The position numbers and the translations under genes were made by a program. Shown in pieces: positions 40,705 through 54,392 of a stretch of 64,000 nucleotides of DNA (positions are counted from its first letter, which is position 1; the number at the start of each line of letters is the position of its first letter). This stretch comes from Octopus sinensis (lineage: Eukaryota), in NCBI RefSeq assembly GCF_006345805.1, contig NC_043005.1:35960001-36024000 (forward strand), in the 5' to 3' direction. The notes beneath the pieces are model-generated. The model saw only the letters and a list, made by a program, of their open reading frames with translations. It searched no databases and was not told where the DNA came from.

Positions 40705-42195
40705 CGAAAAGCTATTTATGTTTCCAGTAGAAAATATGGTTTCTACAGTTTGACCTATGACCATGCCTTTCATATACGAGTTGGCATTGTTACTAGTTCA
40801 AATCATTGAGTAAAAGTGTAATGTGTTCACTAGGAAATTGTTAGTTCTACCCCATATGATGAACAACTCTATCGCAAAAAGATTTCACGGCAATTATCGT
40901 TGACGTCAATCATCGAAATTTATAAAATAGCGAAGGTAGAAACAGTGATGGTACTAAGAGAGTCGAAGGACAGAGAAATAAGGCGTAATCCACCAAATGT
41001 AAAATCAACCATGGAATGGACAGTAGAAGCAGAAACTGATGACATCCAATCTTCACTTAAGCATAGAGATACGTTGGGTGTTGTACGGATTGATTGGAAG
41101 ATGCTTGAGTTTTGTTTACATCCTTTCAGGCCTGTTTCAATTGTTATGTAGAATGATTGCAGAATTGCTGTTAGTAACAGTATCAAGGCAAGAGAAGCAG
41201 AGAGATAAGCTTCATTTGATTCAATGCTCTCAAAAAGGACAGATGACACGATGGGCAGAACTCGTAACTGAGAGAAAAATAAGTTAAGATCATCTTTGCC
41301 GTCTCCAAAGAAAAAAAAAGAGAAAACAAAAACTAGTGGGTATCAATGAGTGATGTGGGAAAGTTGGAACAGTGAAACATACCCTTTCCAGCTGTATACT
41401 GGCGTTGGATAGATATAACTGGAGATAATTTAGTATTTAGGGCTATCTTCAATGCTGTAAAGCACAATATTATTATAATCAACAGTGACAAGAAACCACG
41501 GAGGAAACCAGCCAGAGATTTCTCCAGCTTCTCTTTTTTCAAGACATTAGAACCATTTGAAGAAGAAAATCCCTATGAACTATGAAATCTAGAACGGCAG
41601 TTGGGAGGTGAGGGAGGATTTGTCAGGGTGTCAAAGATTCTTCCCTATACCAGTTATAAAGAAACCAAGTATTGTCATCTGATGTGAAGAAAAGAAAATG
41701 GTAAATCTAGTTAAGCTGATGATTCCCGATGAAGATAATATGGACGCCGCTCAGACTCGAAAGATCGACCGCTATGAAAATCTCGATGAATGTGAAGACG
41801 CGGGCTTGAAAGCAGGACATTATTCAATCGATATTGGGATAGATAATTCCTTGGATGAAGTAAGAGGTGATGGTTGTTGTCGCTTGGCCTAGTTCAGCAT
41901 AAAGCAAAATACCATCACGAGCGATATCCAAGCTACACTGGCGAAGGCAAGTCGCTGGGTTTGGTTAAAGAGAGACAATGAGCAATGGCTTCAAGAATAT
42001 TGAGGAAAGTCTAGTCACCAATTAATCTAGCAAGTCGGGCCTAATCTCAGTGAGATTGGACCACTGCGCAATAATGCCGCAGAGAGGAAGGCTCCTCAAT
42101 GGTGCGCATTCTCTCCAAATGACTTCCATAAGCCTTCTAGTATCCGGTATGCGGCGCTTTCAGTTAGTATCACTCTCTAGAAAGTTGTTTGTAAA
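40705..42195 (+). mobile_element. HERO-type RLE non-LTR retrotransposon, 3' portion, heavily decayed
   Basis: IEIYKIAKVETVMVLRESKD..WTVEAE..SSLKHRD; LMIPDEDNMDAAQTRKIDRYENL.ECEDAG (RLE EK..KY-type); KASRWVWLKRD; 3' UTR shared with 6215-6505. Confidence 0.85.
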
Positions 42196-44496
42196 TTCTC
42201 TTTCTCTCTCTTTCTCTCTCCCTGTCTCTCCCTCTCTGTCTCTCTATCTATCTAACTGTCCGTCTGTCTGCCCGCCTGTCTGTCTATACACGTCCACACA
42301 CACACACATACACACACTCACACGCACACAGTCACACATACAAGCACGCACACACACATAAGTACGTTTGCTTCCACAAAGGGAAGAACTCAACGTTATG
42401 AAGCAGATTCACTGGCGATGCTTGGCTGGAACAAGCCGTTTCTGTGTTGCGAGCTTGGCCAATACTATCAGTAGCACCGACGCAGGATCACAACATTTAA
42501 TCCTCATACGGCTTTGTACATACCTCATCCATTCTGTGTTGGTGGTTTTGCTTTCACAATGGTCTCTTTTTTTCCTTAGTATTCCCATGGCAGACCTCCC
42601 AAATTTATCACTGTAGTTTGTTCTGCATCAATTTGTTGAACAGGAACCAACAGAAAAGTATTGTGAATAGTATATTCTTTAAATTTACCTTTGTTTCCTT
42701 CCTTTTATTACGGGTGACATCTATTAAACGCGCAGAGTGCCCTGGTGACCAGTTATTTTAAGGGAGACAATCATTTGTAGATAAATCATGGTATGATTAG
42801 AAGTTTCAATTTTAAATCGAAAACAAAAGATATCCAGAGCATACGTATTTATTTTAATCATTATTATTTATTTATTGCTCACTTATTATAAAAAACTTAG
42901 AATTTCCATTCATAGATAATTATGTATAGCACCATTTCATTCTTATTAGAAATTGTCAGCATGACATAATCCAAAACAAATTATAGTTTTCTCAGCAGTT
43001 CTTAATTTCTTCCACCTCTATATTTAACCCAGTATAATCAATGAATTTTTCAGTTCAGCGGCGAGCATGAACTTTGCCGCCGCTACTCATCATTTAACTC
43101 CGATTTGCACCATTTATAGTTTTACTCCTGTTATCGTTATCGTTGACAAGTTCCTCTGCTAACTTTTTCTAACTTTTTCTTATTTACTATTGTTATTATA
43201 TCAACGAGTAGAGGCGGTAAACGAGTTGGAGCATTGGACAAAATGTTCAACTCAGGTCAAGTTTCTCTTTCATCACCTCCGGTACCAATAAAATAGAACA
43301 TCAGTCATTAAATTCAACCCCACTCACGACATTGCTTGTCTTGTAACTAAATTAAAAACGATTATATCAACACATGCATTTTACTAACCCCTTATTTTAT
43401 AGTAGGTAACCTACATTAGTGCCCTCTCTTCTCCAAATGTTGTTATGTTAAAAAGTTTTTTTCACTATTTACTCATCGATTCTAAATAAATATAGCTACT
43501 GACTCTCTTAGTTTTTCACCTGTTAAACTTGTTCTGTCTCATTTTTATAATTTATATTATTAGGATCCTTAATTATTAAAAATGTCATCATATATTGTCA
43601 TTTCGCCATAAACAACTTTATTTTTGAAGGTGGTACATTGCCAGAATCATTAGCGCATAATAAAAAAACATTTCTTGCGATATTTGATCCACTCTTTATA
43701 TTCTGAGCTAAAAAAATCTGACGAGGTCTACTTTAATTTTCATCCCTCCGAAATCGATAAAAGAATGTATCAGTTTAATACTAGGAACTATTGCCTAACA
43801 CCCACTTATCAAAAATTTATGGCTTTGTGACTAAATTAGAAACAATATTGTCGTACCAGCATTATAGTTTTAGTTTACATACATAAATAGCTTAATCAAC
43901 CTGTTCTATGATATTTTGACTTCTTAAGCAATTTGAAAATTTCTCGGGAAAAAAATTAAGATTTTACCCCAGCTTCTCCCATTTCTTGAAAAATTTTGCC
44001 CGTCTGTTTTGGTGACCTGTTTTAAAAAAAATCTTTTTGTTCATTCATTTCCTTTGCATGCAGGCTTTCCCATTAGCGAAATACGCTGAATACATAGAAG
44101 GCATACAATACAAAAACTGACTCTTTGGTCCTTGTTATCGGCCTCGACAACAACCCACATCTAAGTAAACAGAACATAGCTCTTTTTGTTGTTACAGTTG
44201 AAATAAATTTGAGTATGTTTGAGATGGGTAAACATAATTGCCCAATTGTAAAAATAGTTTTATTTAATTATTGTGTTTAACACAATTTTATGCAACTATA
44301 CATACACATTTAAAAAAAAGGAAACATTACTCCATTATTCGGACATACACCAAACTGCATTAATTATAGTAATTCATTTAACTATTTTTATTTGCTACAT
44401 TATGTATAACAGCCCCCAAAATTACACTAGTTCTTTTCTTCACAAAACAAACTGACAACAGCAATATAGAAACTCTCTCTCTCTGTATATATATAT

Positions 44497-44541
<45 letters not shown>

Positions 44542-44543
<2 letters not shown>

Positions 44544-45870
44544 TAGCAGAATTGCCCGGCGTTGCTCGGGGCTGAATTGCTTGAAAGTACTGTTAATGAT
44601 TGCAGTGAATTATGATGATTATTCAGGCAAATATTGATATAAGTTTACGGTGAATGAATGTATTTGTAAGTGTATAGAAAGCCGTGTAAAGGGGTTCCTA
44701 CCCCCTCGTAGAATGGTGTAAGAATTGAATGCGATGTTGCACACCTGGCCCTGGACCTTGAAAGTAGGCATCCAACCAGTTTCTCTGACAACGTTAGCCC
44801 CGAAAGAAGTCATCTGAAATGCACAATTGTACTTCCTGATGAGTTGAAGGAATTTTGATGCCCTTGAGGTGGAACCATTAAGTAATTCCTTCAAAGGGTC
44901 TGGCAGCTCCCGAAGAGGGGGCAAGCTGACCTTACCGTTTAAGCAGCACATTGCAGGTGGTTCCCCAGCCCACTTTTTAGCATTGCAGAATTGGCAATTG
45001 AAGCACATTTCCCCAATATTTATGTCAGCGTACATCGAGTAATTGAAGTTGGGCTCATACTTGAAAGCCCGTAGATGCCAGTAAGGGCTGATTGGACTCG
45101 TCAGACCGCGGGTAGCCCTGCGCCGTCGACTGTTCCGCTGGAATGTAGAACGTTGCTGGTCTGAGTCGTGGGAATGTGTCGCATGAGTAGCAGAAGCGAA
45201 GTTTGCAATGGTAATGTACCGGCCGTCTGCATGTTGAGAAGGCATGGAAGCAGTGCAATGCGCCTCGTTCGTATGAAGGTGAGTGGTCGGTAGTTGTAAA
45301 TGTTCCGAAAATGTTGAAGCAGCATTAGCCGCAGCGTTTGTAGCCAGTCGAGTGGCCCTTTGTTGTGGGTCCTCTGAAGCCCTTTGTGCAGCAACAGCAG
45401 CAGCCTTTATGGCCATGCGATTCGACCTTGTTTCCGGACCCTCTGAAGCCCTGGAAGCAGCATCGTATGAAGCCATTTTTGCTTGGCGTGCGTTGCGCTG
45501 TTGTAAATTTTCAGCAGCTCATGATTCTGCTTAACGTAAGGCACTTTGTGAAAGTCTGAAAGCGTTTTTGTCGGAGGACTCGTTTGCGATAATCGCCTTT
45601 TGCGCCGCTGCTGCTGCAGTATGGCGGCCGAGGCGACTTCTCTTTTTCGGTGTAATTTTATGAAAAAGAAAGGGTGAAAGTTACTTAAAGATAGAAATTG
45701 TAATGTGAATGAAATGTGGAAAAATGTTGACCGTGGAAGGAAAAGAAAGAAATATTTGCAGCTGAAAGAAATTGTTTATGCAAGTATAGCGACAGAGTGT
45801 GTAAAGTGTATTGAAACTTGAGTTAAAAGCAAGGAAATAAAGTGAGATTTGTAAGAATGGAAGTTGTAAG
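44542..45870 (-). mobile_element. Internally deleted Helitron (N-terminal RepHel Zn-finger region joined to the 3' terminus); 5' end not defined
   Basis: IGEMCFNCQFCNAKKWAGEPPAMCCLNGKV...IRKYNCAFQMTSFGA...MPTFKVQGQV; 3' hairpin cccgagcaacgccggg then CTAG|T at 44542. Confidence 0.88.
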
Positions 45871-46062
45871 AATGCAGCACGGATTTTTGTCAGTGAACAG
45901 GTCGCGGATTTTTGCGACGAAAATATTTTCACAAATTAAACTTAAATGTTGAAGTGAATCGAACGGCTTTTGTGTGTTTCTTAAATGGCTTACAAACACC
46001 TTCCACGCTGCAATTGTTTTCGTTTCAGCACACGATCTCAGATCAAATCACTTGCTTTGCGA

Positions 46063-46120
<58 letters not shown>

Positions 46121-46422
46121 TACCAAACAAACATGATTTTTATTGAACTCTACTTTTTGGAATCCCGTTCTGATTACTTTCTCAAATACTTTCTTGTAAA
46201 CTGTTTTTAACATTTTCTTATTATTATCAAAGAATGTATCTCTGTTTTTTAAAACTTTTGTGATAACCAGTACTTAACACAACAAAGCTCATACAAAACT
46301 TTACATTTTACTTTTGACAATCTTTTTCTAAAAAAGTGAAACCGGTAAAGTGAATAAACATCTTTAAAATTTCATTTTCAAAACTTCTTTCATATATGAA
46401 TATATATATAGATGTAATTGTA

Positions 46423-46487
<65 letters not shown>

Positions 46488-46490
46488 TAG

Positions 46491-46521
<31 letters not shown>

Positions 46522-46646
46522 TATACATGTATATATATATATATGTATATATATGTACGTATATTTATATTTATATATATGTATATATATATATGTATGT
46601 AATATATATGTATATATATATGTATGTACATATATATGTAAATCTA

Positions 46647-46679
<33 letters not shown>

Positions 46680-46703
46680 GCACACACACACACACACACA
46701 CGC

Positions 46704-46747
<44 letters not shown>

Positions 46748-47033
46748 CATGCGTGTGTGTCTATGTTTGTTCCCTCACCATTGCCTAACCGATTTTGCTG
46801 TATTTACGTCCCTGTAACTTAGCCGTGTGGCAAAACACTCGGATAGAATAAGTACTAGGCTTACAAAGAATATATCCTGGGGTTGATTTCTTCAACTAAA
46901 TGCAGTGCTCCAGCATGTCCGTAGTCACATAACTGAAAGAAATAAAACAATAAAAAAACTATGCCATTTAATCCCTAGCAACGCCTGGTATCTCTATCAG
47001 TATGTACACACACACACACACACCACACACACA

Positions 47034-47081
<48 letters not shown>

Positions 47082-47345
47082 CATGCGTGTGTGTCTATGT
47101 TTGTTCCCTCACCATTGCCTAACCGATTTTGCTGTATTTACGTCCCTGTAACTTAGCCGTGTGGCAAAACACTCGGATAGAATAAGTACTAGGCTTACAA
47201 AGAATATATCCTGGGGTTGATTTCTTCAACTAAATGCAGTGCTCCAGCATGTCCGTAGTCACATAACTGAAAGAAATAAAACAATAAAAAAACTATGCCA
47301 TTTAATCCCTAGCAACGCCTGGTATCTCTATCAGTATGTACACAC
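46680..47345 (+). repeat. Direct tandem duplication (334-bp offset) of a SINE B tail + Helitron-like 3' remnant
   Basis: Non-microsatellite parts 46745-47005 and 47079-47339 appear identical. Confidence 0.95.
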
Positions 47346-48525
47346 ACACACACACACACATACTCACACACACACATATATATTTATATTTATACGTGGA
47401 GAAAGCTGCTTATTAATTGGGTATGTAACAATTACTAAAAGAAAGCAATTATTAAAGGCTTGACCGTCTGGAATTTTTTTCATAAATTCATGTTCCAAGA
47501 AATTTCCTGCAATTTCGATTTTTGAAGTGTATTGAATATTTGAACTACAAGTTTTTCACAAATTTAAATGTTCCTAGCATTCACTGCGGAGTAGATTTTA
47601 ATGTTTAGTATATATTATACATTTTCAACAGTCTCTCACTCTCTCTTTTGCCTCTATTTTCATCTATGATAATTTAATATATATTCATTTCAATGTTTTC
47701 ATTTCAAGTTTTAATTCGCTATTTGAAAACCCCACAGTTTATTCTATGTATGTAATGTAACCCCCCACCCAAAAAAAAAAACACATTTATTGAATGAATG
47801 AATGCTACTAAATAAAATAGCTGTATAATTTTGGGGGCTATGATAATCTTTTCTACTCTAGGCACAAAGCTCGAAATTTTGGGGGAGGGGGCCAGTCGAT
47901 TATGATAATATCAGTTTCGGGAGTTTGTTAAATGATTATTTTTGATAAAAATGAAAACTTCTTGATATGCCGTTATAATTTTAAAAAAATTAAGTGATTT
48001 CGTTGGTATGGTTGTTTGGAACGCTATAAGCCTTACTATGTGATTGCTTATTTCTAGCAAGCTAAACGTAGTTGGGCTACCTTAAAGTTTGTTTAGATTG
48101 GATATATATTACCACAACGATAAATTACTGAAACAAATATTTACTAAGCAAGTGAGATTTTTTATAAATTGAAGTTTTCAGGAAAATATTATTGAATATA
48201 TTATTGAATATTTCGAGTTCACAAATTTAAGTATTCAGTACAAGTTAGTTTTTAACAGGTTTTTATTTATACGGTTTTTCATTTTATGTTTATTTCATTA
48301 ATTGTTTGCAATGTTCTCTCTCTCTTTCCCTCTCACTCTCACTCACGCTGTCTCTCTAATATGAACACACACACACACTCAGGTTTGATTTCGTTATTAT
48401 ACAAACATCACATTAGAATTTTGCAATTCCACATAGAGCGTCCCAAAAATATGCGACTAAAAATATCAATGTGAAAATATTATCAAGTGGCTAGCAGAAA
48501 AGCGCACGGAGGGCGATCTTATATA

Positions 48526-48556
<31 letters not shown>

Positions 48557-48705
48557 CATATTCAAATAAGTAAACTATAATATCATGAATAGCGAAAGCG
48601 AAACCGGTCGATATATTAAAAATTATATTAAAACTAAGTGTGAGTATTTTTCTTTTTTAATTTCTTATACACACACACACACATACACACACACACACAC
48701 ACACT

Positions 48706-48748
<43 letters not shown>

Positions 48749-49816
48749 TATATTATATATATATATATGTAGCGAGACCAATTTCTATTATGGTATAGTA
48801 AAGACAATTAGCCTTTTATAGGCTTAGCCTGTTAACCTGTAATGATTGGTCGCTTACGAGTTTTGAACATTGGTCGGCTTTGATGGGTTGAGTATTTCGC
48901 GAGATTTGGATCGAGGAGTCAATCATGTAGCGCGTAATACATTCTCAAACAACTAATCAGTATCTGCTCTGGAAACTACCTTTTTTCTATAAATTCTTGT
49001 GACAAATTATCTACGAGCAGATATTGTTTTCCTGTCGTTATTTACCAGTGCAAATTAATATTCCGAAGCACATGTAACCAACGACGACCTGAGCTGAATT
49101 GTCCAAACAATGGATTAACTACAACCACCAAACTTTGTGATGTTTCTTTCTTAATCCACTGTACTACTTTGCGAAAGAATAAAGTTTCGCTGTTATTCTT
49201 AAAGTTCGTTTCTTGTATTATTTCCACGAGTGAATATATTGCATAATGGTATACAGGATTCAGTAGTATAAATCCAAGGGAGACTTTAGACCACTCGTTA
49301 TGTGTATACATGTCGTTACACGTTCATATCTACGTGTATACGTAGGTATAAGTATATATGAATATGAACGTGTAACACACATATATATATATAAAGTAAC
49401 AAATTTGTCGGAAGATGAGCGTCGATTAAATTAACTTTGATAGTTGACTGTCACCTTGATTTACCAATCTCAAGCAAATGGAAGACAAAATTGACCTGGT
49501 AGGATTTGAACTCAGAACTACCAAGCCTGAACAAATACTTTGAGGTATTTTGTCCGATGTTCTAACGGTGCTAACAGCCCATCGCTCTCTATATTTATCA
49601 AATAATGTCATATCATAATAATGTTTGTTTTATTTTTCAGCAGTGATAGAGAACTGTTTGCTTTTTCGACATGTCATACTACTGTTTTTGACAGACCCTT
49701 TTGTCATACTTGTAAATAGAGCCATTCATAAACAACTTATTAATTACCTTTGCACATGTCCAATATATGTATATATATATACATACATATATACATACAT
49801 ACATATATATATATAT

Positions 49817-49909
<93 letters not shown>

Positions 49910-49946
49910 AGAAAGAGAGAGAGATAGTGTGTGGGAAAGATAGTGT

Positions 49947-49977
<31 letters not shown>

Positions 49978-50027
49978 CTAGAGAGAGAGAGAGAGAGAGA
50001 AATATACATACATATGCATATACATAC

Positions 50028-50068
<41 letters not shown>

Positions 50069-50436
50069 ATGATTCTGTTTAGGCATAGTGATAGCAGTAA
50101 CCAGTTGTTAGAACTCAGTATGCTTGTACTAAGCAGGAAATCAACAGGTCAATGCATATCAGGAAAAAATTACTCTCGTGCTAGTTCCGTTACACCTAGC
50201 AGTCCAGACTGATCCAAACTTGGAAAAAGCGGTCGCTATCCTAGGTACTATAGAGTTGTCAGCTCAAGTGGGAGGAGCCATTTGAATCAGTGGAGTAATT
50301 GACAGCGTATCTTTTTCCAGTAGATCCTATCTTTAGTGTCCAGCAAAAACATAAGAACCAGTTCTCATAACAAAGGTTAATTAACAACAGGTTTGCACAA
50401 ATAGTTGTGAACTAGGTCAACACGACATCTACGTCT

Positions 50437-50815
50437 TGGCGCTCCGTCGGTTACGACGACGAGGGTTTCAGTTGATCCGATCAACAGAACAGCCTGCTTG
50501 TGAAAATAACGTACAAGTGGTTGAGCACTCCACAGACACGTGTACCCTTAATGCAGTTCTCGGAGCGATTCAGCGTGACACAGAATGTGACAAGGCTGGT
50601 CCTTCGAAACACAGGTACAACAGAAACAGGAAGAAAGTGTGGGAGAAGGTTGTGGTGAAAGAGTACCACAGTGTTCACCACTACCCGCTGCCGGAGCCTC
50701 GTGGAACTTAAGGTGCTTTCGGTCAATAAACACTCACAACGCACGATCTGGGAATCGAAACTGAGATCCTACGAACGCGAGTCCGCTGCCCGAACCACTG
50801 AGCCTTGGCGCCCCC
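50437..50815 (-). mobile_element. Family C SINE
   Basis: Reverse complement of 23233-23597 (tggcgctccgtcggttacgacgacgagg...gaaccactgagccttggcgcc). Confidence 0.88.
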
Positions 50816-51296
50816 ACCAACACTACACTACACACACACACACACACATACACACACACACACACATACACACACACACACACTATACATACAAATACAT
50901 ACATATATATATATACATATAAATATATATATATATGTATGTATATATATCTACACACACACAGATATATATATATATATATATATATAGTACAAAGTGA
51001 GATAGGGGTTATGAGTGTAACCCACTATGGGATATCAGTTATCCAATATACTGCTAGTGAAGTACCCAAAAGACAAATACATAAATGCTTATAATTGCAA
51101 TGCAATTAATTCATTTATTGTGTTAGATGGGCGAAGGTAAAATATTTTACCTCAAAATCATAATACAAATAAGAAAATGGAGGAACAGATTCCTTTCAAT
51201 CATCATCTTACAGATAATACCAATTCATATTATTTATTATTGAAAGGAATCTGTTCCTCCATTTTCTCATTTTCTTATTTGTATTATATATATATA

Positions 51297-51786
51297 CTAG
51301 CAGTATCGCCCGGCGTTGCTCGGGTTTGTAAGGGAAATAACTATATAAGCATTTTTAGAGAGTTACTTCCCTTATAAATGCCAATTCGGTCTTTCTTAGC
51401 CATTTCTGTTTTGGTGTCTTCAAGCCATGAAGTCGTTGTTCTAAAAGAACGCTGGTCTCCTTGACAACGTATTACGACGTTGATTTCCTTACACTCCCTT
51501 CCCCACAGCTTCACGAGGGAGGGAAGGGGGAGAAGCAAACAGGTGCAGCTGTGAGCGTGGACGCCAACTCCGCCGCCATCGACACACGAAAAATTATGCA
51601 TTAAAATGGAATAAAAAATGAGGTTAAATTATTTTTAAAATCGTAGACTCATCGTTGACGCGCGCTAATACTCAGACGGACTCGATATGAATCACGACTA
51701 TAAGATACCCGAATTTGGTTAAACTGCACCGCAAAATGAGGAGTTAGGAATCTAAATCGAAGGGGACAGACACTCACACAACTAGA

Positions 51787-51800
<14 letters not shown>
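51297..51800 (-). mobile_element. Non-autonomous Helitron
   Basis: Same 3' end as 44542 (ctagcagtatcgcccggcgttgctcggg on +); other end cagacactcacacaactagagttttatata; non-coding. Confidence 0.75.
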
Positions 51801-51835
<35 letters not shown>

Positions 51836-52159
51836 ATGAGAAAGAAACGAAGTGGGAGAGTGAGAGAGAAAGAGGAGTGAAAGGAGAAAGAGAAGCGAGC
51901 AAAGAAGAGTGGAGAAACTGAAGTAAGAGGAGAACTGAGAGATGAGGATTAAGATCTAAACTAAGTTGAAGTGCAAGAGTATACACAAAGACGTTGAAAC
52001 ATGCGTTCACAGCTTCCTTCCCATCTCCAGGCAATCAGACTTTCTTTTTCATAGCGTCAAGTCAGTTTTGGAGAATTTTTGGTTCTTGAGATTTTCTCTC
52101 AATCTCGTTTGGACTTGGTCCTAATTGGCTCCAAGTAGAAAGACCGTCCTACGAATCTT

Positions 52160-52896
52160 TGAACAAACTCAAGCATCCCTTCCAACCGAACATGCTTTAG
52201 TTTTTCTCAGGGCCGACAAAATTTCTACCGGTATGAGATGTTGAACATACAGAACAATCATTGGCTTGCTGTGTCTCCAAAACATGTACCAAGAGGGACA
52301 AAAATCAAATATCCAGTCAACATTATTGTGTTTGGAATGATTACTAGTGATGGCAGCGTTCTGCCTCCATTCATCTTCCACACGGCCTCAGACACAACGT
52401 GGAAGCCTACATCAAGTGCCTGGAGGGGGTAATGCTGCCCCGAGTCAAGAGGGTGGCTGCTGGAAGACCGTATGTCTGGCAACAGGAATCTGAACCATAC
52501 CACACAAGCAGAAGAACAAACTGATGGCTGTCAGACAATTTCTGCAACCACATCACTCGAAACATCAGGTCACTTATCTGGCCAGACAGCAACTCTCTTG
52601 ATTATTAAGTGCGAAGGTGCAGTTGAGCGAGAGACCAAAGAAACTCCTTGTAATACCAAAGATGAACTGAAGGCAAGGATTATGGCTTAAACAAAGAGAC
52701 CGTCCAGGAGAGTGGCAGGAGATTCCAAAGTCGTCCGGTGACCGTCGTTGAATCCAATGGCGATTTTATTGAATAAATTTACTCTTTAGTATTTCAGGAT
52801 ATTTTTATATACTTTTCGTAAATATAGCTGTTAAAATGAAATGGTGTTATTTTCATTTTTGCGTAATTTTGACGACAGTTTATTTACCGCACCCTG
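52160..52896 (+). mobile_element. maT (DD37D) mariner-type transposon, 3' two-thirds with right TIR, decayed
   Basis: QNNHWLA..VPRGTKIKYPVNIIVFGMITSDG..PPFIF, RPYVWQQ; ends tttatttaccgcaccctg|TA. Confidence 0.85.
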
Positions 52897-53141
52897 TATA
52901 TATAATTATTCACATATTTGCCACTATAATTCAACTCATAACTCTTGTATACATCAACAGGATACTGTCGTAAAAATGTATACATGCATGCATACATACA
53001 TACATAATACATACGTACTCAAGCATATATGCACAAACATATATGCATATACTTATACATACATATACATTCAAATATATGCATACAACATACATATATA
53101 AACATGTATACATATATATATATATATTTATGTACATATAT

Positions 53142-53186
<45 letters not shown>

Positions 53187-53824
53187 TATTATATATATAT
53201 ACACACACGCGCGCGCGAGCACACACATACATATATACGTATACAGGTACATTTACATACGTTCATTCATTCATATATTCATACCTACCTACCGACCTAC
53301 CTACCTACTTACATACATACATACTACATACATACATACATACATACATACATACATACATACATACATACATACATACATACATACATAGTACATACCT
53401 ACATAATAGGCAGTTTGTGCTGGAGGTATTTGAACCATGGCGTATGTGTGTATGTGTGTGTGCGCGCGCGTGTCCGTGTGTGTGTGCGCGTTTGAGTGTG
53501 TGTGTGTATGTGTGTGTGTGTGTATGTGTGTGTGTGTGTAATTTTAGTTGAAAATGTTTAGAAATGTGGAAGGGAAATCAAGGCAGGTGTACCATCTATC
53601 TCCACCAACGCTATTGACCTAATTCTCATTACTACAAACACGCAACGTGTGCGTGATATATATATATATATATTATATATATATATATTATATATATATA
53701 ATCGACAGTGGTGTCTCTGTGTGGCCGCTCGTTAGACTGCTGGAAATGGCAGCCAAAACTTCTTCAAATCCTTAAAACCATCTTCAAAATATAAAGGAGA
53801 AAACGAATACATTTAATAAAGTTA

Positions 53825-54041
53825 GACAAGGGTATGTATATATATATCATGGTCGCCATGATAGATCGTTAGCCAGTACACACATTTTTCTCTCTCCTTG
53901 TTTTTTCTGTGTCCCTTTCTGTAGAAGAGCGTAGGCTCCAAACGTAAAAGACTTTTTCTATTCCTGAGCGTTATACTAATACATCTGTTTGTTTTGTACA
54001 CCATCTGTCTTCGTCTTTTGTTTTTTTCGTAAACTTTCCCA

Positions 54042-54045
<4 letters not shown>
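53825..54045 (+). mobile_element. Penelope-type terminal-repeat fragment carrying a minimal hammerhead-like motif (53911-53952)
   Basis: cttt-CTGTAGA-A-GAGC-gtag-GCTC-CAAACGTA-aaag; inverse paralogue at 56370-56570. Confidence 0.55.
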
Positions 54046-54107
<62 letters not shown>

Positions 54108-54112
54108 TATAT

Positions 54113-54175
<63 letters not shown>

Positions 54176-54238
54176 GCATACATATATATATACATATATA
54201 TTCATATACATATACATATATATATATATTTATGTATG

Positions 54239-54278
<40 letters not shown>

Positions 54279-54343
54279 TATATTTATATATATATTATCT
54301 TTTAATGTGTCTTATATATATAAATGTATTTGCATACATACAT

Positions 54344-54390
<47 letters not shown>

Positions 54391-54392
<2 letters not shown>

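Noticed and set aside
42380-42620. Unique sequence with a minus-strand donor GAG|GTATGT (~42521) and a 59-aa frame
   Set aside because: Weak acceptor, no homology recognised, no phase-linked partner exon found.
49042-49311. 89-aa protein-like minus-strand ORF
   Set aside because: No motif or splice signals I can support; may be an old transposon remnant.
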